Below are positions 27,484 to 39,262 of a stretch of 64,000 bases of DNA, piece by piece. The position numbers and the translations under genes were made by a program. The notes under the pieces were generated by a model. It ran no database searches, had not been told where the DNA came from, and saw only the letters and a list, made by a program, of their open reading frames with translations. Source of the DNA: Candidatus Latescibacterota bacterium (GTDB lineage Bacteria; Latescibacterota; UBA2968; GCA-2709665); assembly GCA_965248435.1 (NCBI GenBank), contig OZ252100.1, forward strand, positions 2,624,001 to 2,688,000, given 5' to 3'. Positions within the stretch are counted from its first letter, which is position 1; each line of letters starts with the position of its first letter.

Positions 27484-28278
27484 TTACGCGGACCCTCCTG
27501 ATCGGCCCAGCTCACGGATATCCACCCTCGTAACGCTGATGTGACCGCGTTCAACCACCTCCGCATCCGTGTCTCCCTGCCCGCACTCCAGAAAAAAATC
27601 GACCTCGTGGGTGAAGCGATTGCCTTCTCCCTTGAAGCAGGAACCGTAGAGTTTTGGAGCGAGTGATGTGAGAATGACCCTGCAATCGGCTGCGGGTTGA
27701 TCGGGCAAGTTCACGTTCCACATCACGGGTCGATTCCAGAACCCCTCCACATCGTATAGATATCCGAATACCTGCTCCAGATGGCTGTGGATCTGATCTC
27801 GCAATCTCGCCAGCTCCCCTTCCGGAATCCTCCGATGCTTCGCCCAATCCCTGAACAAGGTCTTACTCAGCTTCTGCGACAGTGCGACAGCGGGTAGGCC
27901 AGCAATGTTCGCTTCGAGACACGCCCCAACGGTTCCTGATGCTAGAAACGCCCCGAGTCCCGCGTTCAGTCCCAGGTTGATCCCCGATACGACCAGGTCG
28001 GGCTTGTCATCGAACAGATGATAGATACCCAGGTTGGCGCAGTCAGAAGGGGTTCCATCCAGGCTATACGCATTGCCGTCGTCGAGCGAAATCGGATCAA
28101 GATGAAGGGTCCCGTAGCGCGTGATCGATTTCGAGGACCAGCTCCGTTCCTCCTTCGGGACCACGATCGTCAGGTCACCTCTCTCTTTCAGGACCTCGAC
28201 CACAAATGGCAGCAGTGGCGAATCGCCGCTATCGTCGTTCGTCAGAAGGAATTTCCGTTTGGGCTTGTTAGACGACAT
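27484..28278 (-). CDS. surE: 5'/3'-nucleotidase SurE family
   Basis: LLTNDD, GTPSDC, DLVVSGINLG.N.G, SGTVGA. Confidence 0.88.
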   Translation of the reverse strand: MSSNKPKRKFLLTNDDSGDSPLLPFVVEVLKERGDLTIVVPKEERSWSSKSITRYGTLHLDPISLDDGNAYSLDGTPSDCANLGIYHLFDDKPDLVVSGINLGLNAGLGAFLASGTVGACLEANIAGLPAVALSQKLSKTLFRDWAKHRRIPEGELARLRDQIHSHLEQVFGYLYDVEGFWNRPVMWNVNLPDQPAADCRVILTSLAPKLYGSCFKGEGNRFTHEVDFFLECGQGDTDAEVVERGHISVTRVDIRELGRSGGSA

Positions 28279-28322
28279 TGGATCTCCTATAAGAGGCCGG
28301 ATGGGGGCACCGACAGGGCGTC

Positions 28323-29141
28323 TCAGGGCTGCGCATCATTCAAAGCACGATAGCAGAATTTCGCGGCCTCCCACGGGTCGTAGCCCGGTGCGTTCGAGAC
28401 CATCCCGCTCACCTCGGCGGTAACGGGAACGCGCACACCCGCGTCATGAAGGAGCTGGAGATAGGCCTTCAGATTCAGTTCGCCATTGCCCGGTAGGAGG
28501 AACTTCACTTTTTCGTCTTCCATGACTCCATCTTTGATGTGGATGTGTGCGGAATAGGGCAGGCACAGCTTTGCACTCTGTTCCAGATCCATCCCCTGAA
28601 CCCAGAAGTGGCTGTAGTCAAAATTCAGCTTGAGGTGAGCGTGATTTGTATATTCCATGAGCCACGCGGCCTTTTCCGGGCTATCTAACGGATTTCCTAC
28701 GTGTGGCTCAATCGTCAGAATCGTATCCATCCCGGCCGCCAGATCAGCGAGCTCCATCAGACAGTCCGCAATCTGCTCCTTATCGGTGGCCCAGTCCGGG
28801 CCCTTTCCGCCCAACGTGGTCGTGACGACAACAGGCTCATCTCCGAAATTCAGATCCCGGGCAAGGGTGCAGTACTTCGAAAACCGCTCCAGCATCGCAG
28901 GCCGTTTTTCCCCGGAGGCGCAGGTGTCAACCGGGCCGAAAAGGACAGGGGGCGGAAAGCCCTGGTCCGCGACCAGAGCTGCGAGCCTTTCGCGAGTATC
29001 GGCACTCAGTTTGTCGGGGGCCGTAGGCCATTCATCTGCAACCATGATTTCGACGGCATCGTAGCCGATCTCCCGAATTCGGGGCAGGGCCTCGAAAACA
29101 TCCGCAGATTTCATCGCGTATGTGCTGTATCCGAGTTCCAC
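28323..29141 (-). CDS. Sugar phosphate isomerase/epimerase (AP endonuclease 2 barrel)
   Basis: IEPH, NFDYSH, HIHIKD, PG.G. Confidence 0.85.
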   Translation of the reverse strand: MELGYSTYAMKSADVFEALPRIREIGYDAVEIMVADEWPTAPDKLSADTRERLAALVADQGFPPPVLFGPVDTCASGEKRPAMLERFSKYCTLARDLNFGDEPVVVTTTLGGKGPDWATDKEQIADCLMELADLAAGMDTILTIEPHVGNPLDSPEKAAWLMEYTNHAHLKLNFDYSHFWVQGMDLEQSAKLCLPYSAHIHIKDGVMEDEKVKFLLPGNGELNLKAYLQLLHDAGVRVPVTAEVSGMVSNAPGYDPWEAAKFCYRALNDAQP

Positions 29142-29239
29142 GCAATCCCTTCCTGAGAATTAGCCACTGACAGGAATCAAGCGTATTTCGGGTCTACAAG
29201 GAGACAAAACGAGAAGCCCTTGTCAAGGATCGCAGTCGA

Positions 29240-30031
29240 ATGCCTTCAACTTTCCACGTCACAGTAGGAGACGACGTATGTCTCGTTTGCGCGCTTACAG
29301 GCAGGGGCAAGCCGGTGGTGCTGCTGCACGGGTGGTTGTGCAACCGGTCGTTCTGGCGGGAACAGATCCCCCTCCTGGAACCCGACCATCGGGTCCTGGC
29401 ACTGGATTTCAGGGGGCACGGTGATTCAAGCGTGCCGGAGCACGGCTATACGCTCAGACGCCTTGCCGACGATCTCCACGCCGTGATCCAGCATCTGGAC
29501 TTCGGACCCGCGGTGGTCATCGGTCACTCGATGGGCGGCATGGTCGCCCAGCAACTCGCCGTCACCCACCCCGGGGATGTAGCCGGTCTCGTTCTCGTGG
29601 CGACAACAGCGGCAGACCCTGAACACGCCCTGATCTCCAACCGGATCGCTGAGGAAAGCGCCGACCAGGGCTATCAAGCCACCTTTGAATGTTATTTTCC
29701 GGGATGGTTCCCTTCCGGGTCTGATCCCGACCTGGTCGACTGGATCAAATCACAGATGCTGAAAGTCCCGGAAGAAGTGGCTCTGCGACTCGTGTTGAAC
29801 TACCGCGACCTGGATTTTCGGAATGATCTGCCCACGCTCAGCCAGCCCGTCCTCGTCATCGGAGCTACACAGGATGCCTCCACTCCGCTGCTCAGATCCG
29901 AAGAGATCACGCACCTTGTCCCAGGGTCCCGTCTGGTGGTAATAGAGGGATCGGGTCATTTCGTTCAACTGGAGCAATCCGTCGCCGTCAATCGGGCAAT
30001 TCAGGCGTTTCTTTCGGAGCACAATCTATGA
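29240..30031 (+). CDS. Alpha/beta hydrolase
   Basis: LLHGW, DFRGHG.S, GHSMGG nucleophile elbow, GHF. Confidence 0.9.
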   Translation: MPSTFHVTVGDDVCLVCALTGRGKPVVLLHGWLCNRSFWREQIPLLEPDHRVLALDFRGHGDSSVPEHGYTLRRLADDLHAVIQHLDFGPAVVIGHSMGGMVAQQLAVTHPGDVAGLVLVATTAADPEHALISNRIAEESADQGYQATFECYFPGWFPSGSDPDLVDWIKSQMLKVPEEVALRLVLNYRDLDFRNDLPTLSQPVLVIGATQDASTPLLRSEEITHLVPGSRLVVIEGSGHFVQLEQSVAVNRAIQAFLSEHNL

Positions 30032-30053
30032 ACCGTTCTCGCAACAGGAGATC

Positions 30054-31295
30054 ATGATGGACAAAATCAGACTGGGCTTGGTCGGCTGCGGTGGGATGGG
30101 AAACCGTCATATGCTCGGCTTGAGGCATCTGGTTCAGAGCCCGTTCAACAACGTCGAGCTCTGTGCCCTCTGCGACATCAAGCGTGAGAATGCCGAAATG
30201 GCCGCTTCCGAGGTCAAGAAGCTTCTCGACCTGGAAGTAGACATCTTCACCGACCTCGAGGCCATGGTCCACAGTGTCTCTGACCTTCACGCGGTGGACA
30301 TCGTCACCGATCCCTCGACGCACCACGACGTCGTCTGCAACGCGCTCGACCTTGGCCTAAACGTGATGGTCGAAAAGCCGATGGCGATTACGGTGAGGGG
30401 CTGCAGAAAGATGATGGACGCCGCCGAACGGACCGGACGAATCCTCTCGATCGCTGAGAACTATCAGCGTGACCCCTCCGCCAGACTCGTCAATCACCTC
30501 CTTCGGAACGGCGCTATCGGGAAACCATATGCTGCCATGTTTCACCACGCCAGGCCTGGGAACACGATTCTGATCACACCCTGGAGGCATCGCAAGGTCA
30601 ACGGCGGACCGCTGTTGGATGTAGGTGTCCACTACGCCCACATGGTGCGCTATCAACTCGGTGAGATCGAAGAAGTCTACGGCGACGCAAGACTGCTCGA
30701 GCCTATTAGAAAAAAGCCCGAATCGCTCCATTCGCCACATGCCTTCTACCAAAAGCGGTTCGAATCCATGGCGTCAGAAGTGCCCGCGGATGCGGAAGAC
30801 ATGTCCCTGGCCATCTTCAGGATGCGGAGTGGGGTCGCCGTGAATTGGATCATGGGCATTGGCGGGAAGACCTCCATAACCCTTCAACGCATCTGCGGCG
30901 ACAAGGGAACCATAGAGGGGTTTGGAGGCAGGGGAGACCGCGTCTCCATGAACCTGGCGGGCGAAGAGATGAGCCAGGAGGAACTGCTGGAATCCGCCGA
31001 CGGATTCGCCCTGAGTCCGCTCGAGGAACACCTCTTCCCGACTGGAATCACCGCAGACGATTCAGACGTCGACGGGAAGATCATCGCCATCGAGTATCAC
31101 GAACTGGCCGAGGCCGTCTTGAACGGAAGGGAGGTCGAGGTGGGCGGCGAGGATGCGTTAAAGGATGTCGCGGCCCTCTACGCGATTCTGGAATCCTCCC
31201 TGGCCGGAAGGGCGGTCAAAATGGAGGAAGTCGAAAGCTGCGAGGTCTACGGCTATCAAGCGGAAATCGACGACGTGCTTGGGATCACGTCATAG
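30054..31295 (+). CDS. Gfo/Idh/MocA oxidoreductase
   Basis: GLVGCGGMG, VEKPMA, D.GVH. Confidence 0.9.
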   Translation: MMDKIRLGLVGCGGMGNRHMLGLRHLVQSPFNNVELCALCDIKRENAEMAASEVKKLLDLEVDIFTDLEAMVHSVSDLHAVDIVTDPSTHHDVVCNALDLGLNVMVEKPMAITVRGCRKMMDAAERTGRILSIAENYQRDPSARLVNHLLRNGAIGKPYAAMFHHARPGNTILITPWRHRKVNGGPLLDVGVHYAHMVRYQLGEIEEVYGDARLLEPIRKKPESLHSPHAFYQKRFESMASEVPADAEDMSLAIFRMRSGVAVNWIMGIGGKTSITLQRICGDKGTIEGFGGRGDRVSMNLAGEEMSQEELLESADGFALSPLEEHLFPTGITADDSDVDGKIIAIEYHELAEAVLNGREVEVGGEDALKDVAALYAILESSLAGRAVKMEEVESCEVYGYQAEIDDVLGITS

Positions 31296-31305
31296 ATCAT
31301 CCTGA

Positions 31306-31998
31306 ATGATGAGCTCGAATCCGGTAGAAACGAAGTTCGTCGCGACTCAGGAAAAGGGGGAAGTCTCCGCGTTACTCCTCAAGCCGGAAGACGCGATCGC
31401 ACTGCTCGTGCTCGGGCACGGCGCGGGCACCACGATGCGCAGCCCTCTCCTCGAGAATCTCAGCCAGGCACTATCGGACTCAAGGATCGCAACGTTCCGC
31501 TACCAATTTCCCTACACAGAAGAGGGGCGCCGGCGGATCAACTCGAGGCCCGTGCTCCTGGAAACAATACGCTCCGCCATATCGACCGCGAGCAATGCCG
31601 CTCCAGACCTGCCGCTCTTCGCCGGCGGACACTCCATGAGCGGGCGAATGACCTCGCTCGCAGCTTCAGGAAGCCCCCTGCCGGCCGTCAGAGGCATCGT
31701 CTTCTTCGGCTTCCCGCTCCATCCCTCCGGAAAACCGGCAACAGACCGCGCCGAACACCTGTCCCGTGTGACGATCCCGATGCTGTTCCTTGCGGGGACG
31801 CGTGACCGCCTCTCTGAGCCGGAACTGCTCCAGCCCGTCTGCAAGGAGCTTGGAGAGAAGGCGACGCTTCACATGCTGGACACGGCCGACCATTCGTTCA
31901 AGGTCCTCAAACGGTCGGGAAGGTCAGAAGCAGAGGTGTTGGAGGAACTGGCGGGGGTTGTTGCGGACTGGGTCGGGAGGGCGTGTGCGGATAAGTGA
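31306..31998 (+). CDS. Alpha/beta hydrolase (KANL3/Tex30-like)
   Basis: GHGAG, GGHSMSGR, GFPLHP, GTRD, ADHSF. Confidence 0.88.
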   Translation: MMSSNPVETKFVATQEKGEVSALLLKPEDAIALLVLGHGAGTTMRSPLLENLSQALSDSRIATFRYQFPYTEEGRRRINSRPVLLETIRSAISTASNAAPDLPLFAGGHSMSGRMTSLAASGSPLPAVRGIVFFGFPLHPSGKPATDRAEHLSRVTIPMLFLAGTRDRLSEPELLQPVCKELGEKATLHMLDTADHSFKVLKRSGRSEAEVLEELAGVVADWVGRACADK

Positions 31999-32017
31999 TT
32001 GGCTGATGAAATAGCGA

Positions 32018-32170
32018 GGGCGAACACAAGGTTCGCCCGAAGACGATTTGCGATTCACGAACAAAGATTTTGAGGTACCCGGTACCCGTGTTTTGATTTC
32101 CCGGGGCGACCCAGCGTCGCCCCCAAACCGTAAGATCCCTGTAACCTATCTACCTATCCCGGTACCCGGC
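32018..32170 (+). repeat. Composite intergenic repeat copy 2
   Basis: gggcgaac..gttcgccc hairpin, ggtacccggtacccgtgttttgatttccc, ggggcgac..gtcgcccc palindrome, cccggtacccgg. Confidence 0.75.
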
Positions 32171-32194
32171 TTTGGCGAGATAGAGAGAGACGAT

Positions 32195-33427
32195 CTAATA
32201 TACGTATGCTGATCCTGACCAGGACCCGTTGTCATCATCTCCGTGGGCACCGACGATAAAATGCCCATCGCCAATCGACACGGCCTGTCCAAAATAGTCC
32301 ATCCTCGCCGCATCAGCGGCGACCAGCTTTGCTTGGAGTGTCCATTTCCGCTCCGTCCGCCGAAAAAGATAAGCAGACCCTGTCTTCGTTCCCTTGTGAC
32401 CGTTCCCTCGAGCACCGACGATGGCTCGTCCCCCGCTGATCGAGACAGAGATCCCGAAGAAGTGGTCTGACCGTCCATCCTGGGGTAGCAGCTTGCTGCG
32501 CTGAATCCAGCCGCGCTTCGTTCGCTCAAAGACATAGGCCGACCCCGACCGCTTCCCGTTCTCACTATCTCCGTGAGCTCCAACGATAGCGGTACCACCG
32601 CTGATGGCTACGGATTGTCCGAACACGTCGTGTGCGGTCCCATCTTTGGCCAGGAGCTTCTGCTCCAGCTCCCACCCTCCTCCAGTATACCTGAAGATAT
32701 ACGCAGACCCTGACTGCTGTCTGTTGTCATCGTCTCCGTGAGACCCGACGATCGCCCTGTCTCCGCTGATCGAGACTGAATTCCCAAAGAAGTCCTGCTC
32801 TTCCCTTTCATTTGGGCTCAGCACTGCCTCGACCTGCCATCCGTATTCGTCTCGTTGGAAGACAAAAGCCAATCCCGAATGAACCCCGTTGAATTCAGCC
32901 TCCTTGGCTCCAACGATGGCCCTTTCTCCTTCGATGTCGACAGAACAACCGAAATAATCGTAACTGCCTCCCTCCCTGGAAACGAGTTTTTCGTCCAGAA
33001 TCCAACCCTTCTTGCTACGGTAATAAACGTAGGCGAAACCCGATTGCCTCTCCCTGCTAATCGCCCCTCGAGCGCCCACGATTGCCCAATCTCCGCTCAT
33101 CGAAACAGCGTGAGCGAACCGATCGGATTCTTTGCCGTCGATGGCGCCTAACTTCGTCTCCAGGTCCCATCCGGAGCTTGCGCGCTTGAAAATATAAGCT
33201 GATCCAGACTCGGTTCCATTGTCGTCATCTCCGTGCGCTCCGACAATAGCCCTCTCCCCGCTGATGGAAACCGCAAGACCGAAGTGGTCGCTCGAAGATC
33301 CGTCTGATGCCTTCAGCTTGTTCGTCGCAGGGAGCTGAATCTTCTTGAAAGACGGCCCGCAGCCCTCCTGCAGGAAAATACAGAAAAGGGTAATCACCCA
33401 GGTCAGGCATGCGCGCGCACTAGACAT
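32195..33427 (-). CDS. FG-GAP repeat beta-propeller protein
   Basis: Seven repeats 'D.FG.SVSISG.RAIVGA.GD....SGSAY.F'; N-terminal signal with possible lipobox Cys. Confidence 0.92.
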   Translation of the reverse strand: MSSARACLTWVITLFCIFLQEGCGPSFKKIQLPATNKLKASDGSSSDHFGLAVSISGERAIVGAHGDDDNGTESGSAYIFKRASSGWDLETKLGAIDGKESDRFAHAVSMSGDWAIVGARGAISRERQSGFAYVYYRSKKGWILDEKLVSREGGSYDYFGCSVDIEGERAIVGAKEAEFNGVHSGLAFVFQRDEYGWQVEAVLSPNEREEQDFFGNSVSISGDRAIVGSHGDDDNRQQSGSAYIFRYTGGGWELEQKLLAKDGTAHDVFGQSVAISGGTAIVGAHGDSENGKRSGSAYVFERTKRGWIQRSKLLPQDGRSDHFFGISVSISGGRAIVGARGNGHKGTKTGSAYLFRRTERKWTLQAKLVAADAARMDYFGQAVSIGDGHFIVGAHGDDDNGSWSGSAYVY

Positions 33428-33483
33428 TGATATGGATCCATTTCTGGCTATGCGTCAGCCGACTCTGCGACGAACGACGGCTT

Positions 33484-34947
33484 CTATGGTCCCTGAAACT
33501 GGAACGCGTAGAGCTTCGCGTCTCGCATGACGAATCGCAGTCGAACCGTGTGACCTGCCAGCCCGCCGATTTCCGATCTCCCTTGCCAGGTCACCGTTTT
33601 ATGAATTGCATTGCCCCGAAGGCCGTCCGCGTCCGATAGGGCATATCCTGGTAACGGCTTGCCGTTGGCGTCCTGGATCTCGACCTTCAGCCATCCCCCC
33701 GCGCTCCCGTCAAAATTCACCTCCAGATGATCTCCCGAGAACTCGAGGATTGGCGTGCTGAATGCCCCACCCCCGTGCTCCGCATCCAAAGAGATGAAAC
33801 CATCTCGGCGCATCGTTGAAAGAAAGAGGCCGTTCCTCCCCAGCTCGCCTCCCTTGGAACCGTGCGTGTAGGATGTGCCAACGTAGTAGAGCCAGAGTTC
33901 GTTTCCCATCGGGATCAACCAGGGGTTCGCGAAAATCATTCCGGCCTCGGCGCCTCCGTCGAAGCCTAGTCTCAAGAACGGCTTCCGCTCCCCCCTCCGC
34001 TCCCATTGAATTCCGTCCCGGCTGGTCAGCAGTTGAATGTCCATTGTTGCGGGATAGTCTTCTTCTCCCCAGTGGTAGAAGGCCGAGGGCATCATGACGT
34101 AAACATCTTCAGCATCGACATACTTCATCGCGCAGCTCGTATAATAGTCGATGTTGGGCCTGGGATCGTCTCGTTGATAGGGAACCGGAATGTTCAGATC
34201 CTCGGCATCGGCCTCTAGCACGATCTGTGTCTTGGACCAGGTCCGGAAATCGGGAGAGGCGATGCGGCCCATGGACCGGTATTTTCCCTTCCCCTCGGCC
34301 ACGGCCGCTTCCTCGAGCCGCTGTGTCTCCCGAACTCTTGTATATCCTACATATTCCCCTATCCGGTCATCCCAGAAAAGCATGTTCTGAGTATCGCACA
34401 GCTGGTCCTTGGGATTGGGTTGATCCTCGCACTCCTCCCAATGGAGTCCGTCGGGCGAACGCATGGCCCAGAGGCCCGGAAGCACGCCCGCCTCGATCTG
34501 TTTGTCCGTCGGCTGAAATTTGCTCCAGAGCTTGTAGCGTTCCTTCTCGGGTGCACGATCGTCACGGTAGACCGTCGCCCCCTGCATGCTCTGTCTCTCC
34601 TGAAGCGGTGCGACCAGATTGTTCTCCTTGGACCCTTCGTAGGAGATGAGCCCGAGTGTGGGTTTTGTCCAGTGAAGCCCGTCCTCGGATTCCGCATAGC
34701 CCAGCCGAATCGCACCCTCTTGTGGAAGCCCTGTCTTCAGCATCGCGCCATACCAGAGCCGAAACCCTCTGTCCCCTTCCTTCATCACGGTATTGTAGCT
34801 GCAAATGCCAAGCTTCTCCCAGGGCCGGTCGCCTACGAGCACGGGATCTGGGTGTTGGTGTGGCGGGTTCATGCAGAATCTGAGTCCCTCTGAGGTCTCG
34901 ACGAAACGTTCATCTATGAAAAGCTGTTTGCGCGTTCCGATGTTCAT
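33484..34947 (-). CDS. Putative five-bladed beta-propeller glycoside hydrolase-like protein
   Basis: QLFID, Asp-box-like YAESEDGLHW, SPDGLHW, SRDGIQW; RDGF; beta-sandwich C-terminus; GGAGG RBS. Confidence 0.65.
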   Translation of the reverse strand: MNIGTRKQLFIDERFVETSEGLRFCMNPPHQHPDPVLVGDRPWEKLGICSYNTVMKEGDRGFRLWYGAMLKTGLPQEGAIRLGYAESEDGLHWTKPTLGLISYEGSKENNLVAPLQERQSMQGATVYRDDRAPEKERYKLWSKFQPTDKQIEAGVLPGLWAMRSPDGLHWEECEDQPNPKDQLCDTQNMLFWDDRIGEYVGYTRVRETQRLEEAAVAEGKGKYRSMGRIASPDFRTWSKTQIVLEADAEDLNIPVPYQRDDPRPNIDYYTSCAMKYVDAEDVYVMMPSAFYHWGEEDYPATMDIQLLTSRDGIQWERRGERKPFLRLGFDGGAEAGMIFANPWLIPMGNELWLYYVGTSYTHGSKGGELGRNGLFLSTMRRDGFISLDAEHGGGAFSTPILEFSGDHLEVNFDGSAGGWLKVEIQDANGKPLPGYALSDADGLRGNAIHKTVTWQGRSEIGGLAGHTVRLRFVMRDAKLYAFQFQGP

Positions 34948-35211
34948 GCAGCTACCTCCAGTCAAAGCGTCAGGGTCGTCTATTCATCTCAAGATACGTG
35001 CTCGAAGGATACCGGCAAAATGAAAATCGAAAGGCTCCAGTTCAATCCGACCACGCTGAATCGCCTGAGGAATGAATCTGCGAGACGTCGATCAACTTTT
35101 TCGGGCGAACGGTTTTCGACATTCGCTATATGCTGCGTGCACTTGACAAGCCGAGAGTCAATTCTGATATTCCAAGCCGCTGAAACACCTATCGAAGGAT
35201 GACCAGACCTT

Positions 35212-36384
35212 ATGAACCACAAAGCGGATAAGATCTTCCTGATTCACTATCACGAGATCGGGCTAAAAGGCAGAAACAGGGCACGATTCGAAGAGCAGTT
35301 GTGCCGAAATATCGAACAGGCCCTGAAGAACATCCCTCACGGCAAGCCGCGTCGTATCTCTGGCCGGCTCCTCCTCCCGATATTGCCAGATTCACCAAGA
35401 GGGGCGATTGTTGACAGTCTTCGCTGCGTCTTCGGCATCGCAAACTTCTCCGAGGCGACGGAGACCAGTTCAACAATAGAGGACATGAGAGAGACGGCGT
35501 GGGCGATCGTGCAAAAGGCCCGTTTCGACTCCTTCAAAGTCGCCACAAAACGTTCTGACAAGACCTTCCCGATGACCTCCGAGGATGTCAATCGAGATGT
35601 AGGGGCCTACATCCAGGAGCGATCCCAGGCCGACGTCAAAATGGCGCAGCCTGATCTTACCTGCTTCATCGAGCTTTCGCGGCAGGGTACGTTCATCTAT
35701 ACGGAGAAGATCCCGGGTCCCGGCGGTCTGCCCGTGGGGGTCAGCGAACGCGCCGTCTCCCTGCTCTCTTCCGGCATCGACTCACCGGTTGCCTCCTACC
35801 GAGTGATGAAGCGAGGGGTGCAGCTCGTCTTCGTCCACTTCCACAGTCAGCCATACACGGACCGCAATTCTCAGCGAAATACTGAAGAACTCGTCCGTAT
35901 CTTGACGAAGCATCAGTTCTGTTCCAGCCTGCATTTGATCGCGTTCGTCGAGATTCAGCGCCACATCATGACCCACGCGCCGCCTGCGTACAGGGTTATC
36001 CTCTACCGTCGCGCCATGCTGCGAATCTCAGAATCCATCGCATTCAAGGAAGGAGCCAACGCCCTCGTCACAGGTGAAAACGTTGGTCAGGTCGCCTCAC
36101 AGACACTTTCAAACATTCGAGCGATCGAAGAAGCCTCACAGCTCCCTGTGCTAAGACCATTGGCCGGACACAACAAGGAAGAGATCATCGCTGAAGCCAG
36201 GCAGATCGGTACCTTCGAGACGTCGATCGAACCCTACGAAGACTGCTGTTCTCTATTTGTGCCGAAGCATCCCGAAACCAAGGCGGACCTCGAAAAGGTG
36301 AAAGAGATCGAAGCCCGGCTCGACCTTGAACCCCTTATCACAAAGGCGCTGGAAGACGCAGAATCCAAGCAGTTCACCGGTTGA
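35212..36384 (+). CDS. thiI: tRNA 4-thiouridine synthase (THUMP plus PP-loop, no rhodanese domain)
   Basis: YHEIGLKGRNR, GGLPVG, LLSSGIDSPVA, GQVASQTL.N, EDCC. Confidence 0.95.
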   Translation: MNHKADKIFLIHYHEIGLKGRNRARFEEQLCRNIEQALKNIPHGKPRRISGRLLLPILPDSPRGAIVDSLRCVFGIANFSEATETSSTIEDMRETAWAIVQKARFDSFKVATKRSDKTFPMTSEDVNRDVGAYIQERSQADVKMAQPDLTCFIELSRQGTFIYTEKIPGPGGLPVGVSERAVSLLSSGIDSPVASYRVMKRGVQLVFVHFHSQPYTDRNSQRNTEELVRILTKHQFCSSLHLIAFVEIQRHIMTHAPPAYRVILYRRAMLRISESIAFKEGANALVTGENVGQVASQTLSNIRAIEEASQLPVLRPLAGHNKEEIIAEARQIGTFETSIEPYEDCCSLFVPKHPETKADLEKVKEIEARLDLEPLITKALEDAESKQFTG

Positions 36385-36639
36385 CCTCCTCCACCCACGC
36401 ATGTTAGATCATCCCGGCGACAATCCATCTGCTTCTTCACGAAGAAGACGGCTGCGCGCCGTCCCCGAATACAATGCTTTTCATTCCGCCATTGATTTTT
36501 GCGTTTTTAGATCTCAGAACTTGCAACTTGCTGCGGCCTATTCTGTCAGCTAAGTATGGCCGGAGAAAGGTGATCTGCACCCTTTTCCGAGATTTGGTGG
36601 CGTACCAGATTCTCTCTTCGCCTCCGCTGTGATTCCTGG

Positions 36640-36921
36640 TTTTGATTTTCCCGATCCCCGGTACCCGTGTTTTGATTCCCCCGGGGCGACGTGTGCGTCG
36701 CCCCTACACCGCCGATCTCTTATGATATCCGGTACCCGGTTTTTCTCTTGGCCCTCTGCGTCTCTGCGGTGGTTTCTTCCATCCATCCCCGATCCACGGA
36801 TTTCACGCGCTCGTCATTCCGCAATCGTAAATCCGTAATTTCCACCCCACCCGTGTTTTGTTCTCCCGGTACCCGTTCTTTGCTTTCCCGGTACCCGTGT
36901 TTCTCTCTGCGTCTCCGCGGT
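36640..36921 (+). repeat. Composite intergenic repeat copy 3 (longest)
   Basis: Core 36657-36770 matches 11555-11670; REP palindrome 36683-36707; tandem ~22-nt cccggtacccgt units 36846-36904. Confidence 0.85.
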
Positions 36922-36944
36922 CGAATTTTCTTCTTGTGTCGAGA

Positions 36945-37865
36945 TCAATTCTCAAACCCGCGCTTCATCCACGCCTCCTTCCCGCCGTATCTCTCAAAAA
37001 TGGCCTCCATCAGGTAGCGCACAGCAGGACTGAAGTAACGTTTGGATCGCCAGGCAACGCCCACCTCCCGATTGAAATTCATGCCCTCCACATCAACCAC
37101 CTTCAGCGCGCCGGTCTTTACCGACTCCTCGACCGTCAGGAATGGGAGGAATGAGATCCCGACACCCGCCTCAACCAGTTTACGCATAGCCTCCGGACTG
37201 CCCATCTCCATCATCACGCCAGGCGATACGCCTGCTTCCGCGAATCCTTCATCCAGGATCTTCCTGGACACTGAATCTGCTTGAAAGAGGATGAGAGGAT
37301 GCTCCATCACTTCTGTCAATGATACCGATCCGCTATCGACAAGGGGATGAGTGGGTCCCACAACCAGTGGCATCGAATCCCGATAAATCTGCAAGGTCTG
37401 CAGAGCCGAGTGACTCACGGGCAAGGTCACCAGGGCGAATTCCGATCGGCCCATGAGAACGTCGTCCACCAGGGATTTCGAGGGAGCAACGTGCACGGAA
37501 AGCTCCACGCCAGGGTACTCCCTCGTGTAGCCTCTCAGGATCTCGGGAAGAAGATAGGTCACCGCCGCATCCGTCGCCCCAAACTGAAACCGCTCGCCGG
37601 GGAGAACTTCCCCACGCTTCAGTCGATCTTCGGCCTCGGCCACGAGGTCCTGGATCTGCATCGCATAATTGACCATTTCCCTTCCTTCCATGGTCAGGGC
37701 GACCTGCCGGCTCCCACGATTGAACAGCTTGACCCCCAGCGCCCGTTCTAACTCCATAACCCCGCTGCTGACAGTGGGCTGGGTCACCCCCTCCTGACCG
37801 GCCGCGCGACTGAAGCTGCCGGTACTCGCCACCGTTAGAAAGTATCTGAGATGATTCAAGTTCAT
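36945..37865 (-). CDS. LysR-family transcriptional regulator
   Basis: LRYF..VA..GSFSRAA...VTQPTVS..LE..LGVKLFNR HTH and substrate-binding domain. Confidence 0.95.
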   Translation of the reverse strand: MNLNHLRYFLTVASTGSFSRAAGQEGVTQPTVSSGVMELERALGVKLFNRGSRQVALTMEGREMVNYAMQIQDLVAEAEDRLKRGEVLPGERFQFGATDAAVTYLLPEILRGYTREYPGVELSVHVAPSKSLVDDVLMGRSEFALVTLPVSHSALQTLQIYRDSMPLVVGPTHPLVDSGSVSLTEVMEHPLILFQADSVSRKILDEGFAEAGVSPGVMMEMGSPEAMRKLVEAGVGISFLPFLTVEESVKTGALKVVDVEGMNFNREVGVAWRSKRYFSPAVRYLMEAIFERYGGKEAWMKRGFEN

Positions 37866-37922
37866 CGGCTTCTCCTTCATTCAACGCCAGGAGTGCGGTT
37901 TCATCTTGCGCCAAAGAACAGT

Positions 37923-37959
37923 ATAGATAAAATCTATAAATAACATAGTAATAATTTAT
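37923..37959. promoter_or_regulatory. LysR operator, ATAG-N7-CTAT-N7-ATAG-N7-TTAT
   Basis: Read directly in the AT-rich divergent spacer; includes palindrome TATAGAT-AAA-ATCTATA. Confidence 0.75.
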
Positions 37960-38037
37960 TTGATTTATGAACAAAAAGTGATATTTTCTTACCTGAATAG
38001 GGCATCGTCCTTTTAACGTCTCGTTTAGGAGCCATCC

Positions 38038-39117
<1,080 letters not shown>

Positions 39118-39140
39118 ATCGCATACGGGCTACGAAGCTG

Positions 39141-39177
39141 AAGCGCAGAACTCCGGCGGGAGGTCTGCGCTTTTTTT
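39141..39177 (+). terminator. Rho-independent terminator of ino1
   Basis: gcgcaga.ctcc-ggcg-ggag.tctgcgc followed by T7. Confidence 0.88.
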
Positions 39178-39262
39178 GTCCACCGTGTGACGTGAGTCAC
39201 CACGTCGCCTGCTAAATTTCTTATATTTGTATTACCTTCAAATACTTAATTGAGGAATCTAC

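Noticed and set aside
36640-36921. Possible CRISPR array from recurring ~22-nt GGTACC units
   Set aside because: Units are degenerate, abut each other or are irregularly spaced, have no unique equal-length spacers, and no cas genes are present
36945-37865. oxyR
   Set aside because: The protein contains no cysteine, so it cannot be a redox-sensing OxyR despite the operator pattern
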